The translations under genes and the position numbers were made by a program. The notes under the pieces are model-generated. The model was given only the letters and a program-made list of their open reading frames with translations. It did no database searches and was not told the origin of the DNA. 64,000 bases of DNA from an uncultured Acidimicrobiaceae bacterium (GTDB lineage: Bacteria > Actinomycetota > Acidimicrobiia > Spongiisociales > UBA5794). The stretch lies in NCBI GenBank assembly GCA_947259365.1, contig CAMYMC010000021.1, positions 135,816-199,815 of the forward strand. Direction: 5' to 3'. Within the stretch, counting starts at the first letter, position 1. Every line of letters starts with the position of its first letter. Shown piece after piece: positions 62,101 through 64,000 of this stretch.

Positions 62101-63644
62101 TGGAGTTCCCCGCGCTCGCCCTGCTCGTGCTCCTCCCGGCGGGGGGCGCCGGCATCGTCGCTCTCATTCCGGAGCGCCGGCGCGATCTCATCCTCCCGGT
62201 GACGGTCGGGCTGACGATGCTGCCCCTCGCCGTCGCTCTCTGGATCCTGTGGGAGTTCGAGGTCGGCAACGGTGCATTTCAGCTCACGGAGCGGGTGCTC
62301 TGGTTCGAGCCGCTCGGAATCTCGTGGAATGTCGGCGTCGATGGGATCTCACTCCTCCTCGTCGTCCTCACCGCCGTCCTGTTCCCGATCTCGATCCTCG
62401 CGTCCACCTCGATCACGAAGAACGTCAAGATGTACATGGTCTCGATGCTCATCCTCGAGACCGGCCTCCTCGGGGTGTTCGTGGCTCTCGACCTGCTGCT
62501 CTTCTTCGTGTTCTTCGAGGTGACGCTGATCCCGATGTACCTCCTCATCGGCATCTGGGGCTCGGAGAACCGCGTGTACGCCGCGGTCAAGTTCGTCCTC
62601 TACACCGCGCTCGGGTCGGCGCTCATGTTGGCGGCGATCATCTGGCTCGCGGTCGTTGCTGGGCCCCAGCTCGGCGGCACGACGTTCGACTTCACCAGGC
62701 TGCTCGATGCCGAGCTGTCCTCCGGCGCGCAGCTGTGGCTGTTCCTCGCGTTCGGTGCGGCGTTCGCCATCAAGGTGCCCTTGTTCCCGTTCCACACCTG
62801 GCTGCCGGATGCGCACACCGAGGCGCCGACCGCGGGCTCAGTGCTGCTCGCCGGGGTCCTCCTGAAGCTGGGCACGTACGGGTTCGTGAGGTTCAACCTC
62901 ACCCTGTTCCCCGACGCCAGCGTGCGGCTCGCGCCGTGGATTGCGGCCATCGCCGTCGTCGGGATCGTCTACGGGGCGGTGGTCGCCATCGTCCAGCCGG
63001 ACGTGAAGCGGCTCGTCGCGTACTCGTCGGTGAGCCACCTCGGCTTCATCGTGCTCGGCACCTTCGCCCTCACCACCCAGGGCATCCAGGGCGGGGTCAT
63101 CCAGATGGTCAACCACGGGCTCACCACCGGCGGGCTCTTCCTCCTCGTCGGCATGATCTACGACCGCAGGCACACGAGGGAGATCGCCGACTACGGGGGC
63201 CTCGCCCGGGTCATGCCGCTGTACGCCGGGTTCTTCCTCTTCACCGCGTTCGCGTCGGCGGGCCTGCCCGGGCTCAACGGATTCATCGGAGAGTTCAAGG
63301 TGCTCCTCGGCAGCTACCTCAGTCTGCCGGTGCACGCCGTCGTCGCCGCCTTCGGCGTCGTCCTCGCCGCGGTCTACCTGCTCTGGGCCTACGAGCGGGT
63401 CTTCACCGGCCCGGTCACGAAAGAGGAGAACGAGAAGCTCGTCGACCTCAACGCACGCGAGATCTCGATCCTGGTGCCGATCGCCGCGCTCATCGTCTTC
63501 CTCGGCGTCTACCCCCGGCCGGCGCTGGACCGGATCGAGCCGTCTGTCGACGTCATCCTCGAGCGCATCGAGGCACAGACCGATTACGACGTGCCCCGGT
63601 TCGGGACCACAGCCGAGATCGACCTCGCTGCAGAGGGGGACTGA
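62100..63644 (+). CDS. nuoM: NADH-quinone oxidoreductase subunit M
   Basis: The GTG start overlaps the nuoL stop. FAIKVPLFPFHTWLPDAHTEAPTAGSVLLAGVLLKLG. Confidence 0.92.
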   Translation: MEFPALALLVLLPAGGAGIVALIPERRRDLILPVTVGLTMLPLAVALWILWEFEVGNGAFQLTERVLWFEPLGISWNVGVDGISLLLVVLTAVLFPISILASTSITKNVKMYMVSMLILETGLLGVFVALDLLLFFVFFEVTLIPMYLLIGIWGSENRVYAAVKFVLYTALGSALMLAAIIWLAVVAGPQLGGTTFDFTRLLDAELSSGAQLWLFLAFGAAFAIKVPLFPFHTWLPDAHTEAPTAGSVLLAGVLLKLGTYGFVRFNLTLFPDASVRLAPWIAAIAVVGIVYGAVVAIVQPDVKRLVAYSSVSHLGFIVLGTFALTTQGIQGGVIQMVNHGLTTGGLFLLVGMIYDRRHTREIADYGGLARVMPLYAGFFLFTAFASAGLPGLNGFIGEFKVLLGSYLSLPVHAVVAAFGVVLAAVYLLWAYERVFTGPVTKEENEKLVDLNAREISILVPIAALIVFLGVYPRPALDRIEPSVDVILERIEAQTDYDVPRFGTTAEIDLAAEGD

Positions 63645-63647
63645 CCG

Positions 63648-64000
63648 GTGCAGGACATCGCCTTCCTCCCCATCGGACCGGAGATCGTTCTCCTCGGTGC
63701 CGCCCTCGCCGTGCTCATGGTCGCCGTCACCCTCGACCTCGGCCATCGGATGTGGGCGGCGATCTCGTTCACCGCGCTCGCCCTCGCCATCTTGCTGTCG
63801 TGGGCGCAGTGGATCCGCGTCGACGACGTCGGGCCTCAGCTCAACTACGGCGGCGAGGGTGTGCGGACGGCGTCGATGGTCGTCATGGACCATTTCTCCG
63901 CGCTCGCCGGCATCGTCGTCTTCGTCGTCGCCGCGCTCGCTCTCCTCGGGGCGTGGCCGCTCGTCGAGTCGCTGGAGCGGCGCGGCGCCGAATTCGTCGC
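63648..64000 (+). CDS. nuoN: NADH-quinone oxidoreductase subunit N (5' part; truncated by the window end)
   Basis: GTG start 3 nt after the nuoM stop. The hydrophobic N-terminus is VQDIAFLPIGPEIVLLGAALAVLMVAV..., in the expected operon position. Confidence 0.8.
   Translation, partial: MQDIAFLPIGPEIVLLGAALAVLMVAVTLDLGHRMWAAISFTALALAILLSWAQWIRVDDVGPQLNYGGEGVRTASMVVMDHFSALAGIVVFVVAALALLGAWPLVESLERRGAEFV

Overview
High-GC, GC3-skewed bacterial chromosome segment. mshA (mycothiol), an F420/PPOX-type enzyme, NrdJ and Rex point to Actinobacteria, and the split cytochrome b6/subunit IV suggests a deep-branching class; that placement is inference only. No rRNA, tRNA, CRISPR array or obvious mobile element was seen. 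Left to right: a squalene/phytoene-synthase-like gene, a thioesterase and an MBL hydrolase; class II ribonucleotide reductase nrdJ with a promoter and NrdR-box-like palindromes; envelope and hypothetical genes; a frameshifted MFS transporter and an AMP-ligase; mshA with its YbjN-like partner, a GNAT and an asparaginase; an RsiG-like protein, an M23 peptidase and a MoaD-like/membrane fusion; a PAS-LuxR regulator; an IclR-hmgA-fahA-hppD homogentisate cluster with HMG-CoA lyase; a glutaredoxin-like gene and rex. A respiratory island follows, with a 7-gene b6c-type cytochrome bc operon (minus strand) facing a CcoN-CcoO-like fusion plus a monoheme cytochrome c (plus strand). The window ends with an AlkZ/YcaQ-like gene, a geranylgeranyl reductase and nuoA-nuoN (nuoN cut by the window end). 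Main second-look items: (1) two redox genes (a Bcp/PrxQ-type peroxiredoxin and an AhpD/CMD-type protein) each carry an in-frame TGA exactly at the catalytic Cys position, followed by a SECIS-like hairpin, so they are probable selenoproteins that the ORF track splits. (2) The CcoN-like domain of the CcoNO fusion lacks the histidines a heme-copper active site needs, while its CcoO-like heme c domain looks intact. (3) The bc operon has a split b6/subunit IV, a 2x[4Fe-4S] ferredoxin gene, a very large insert in the diheme cytochrome c, and an approximately 30-aa module shared by subunit IV and the cytochrome c of the divergent operon. All family calls come from reading motifs by eye; no searches were run.
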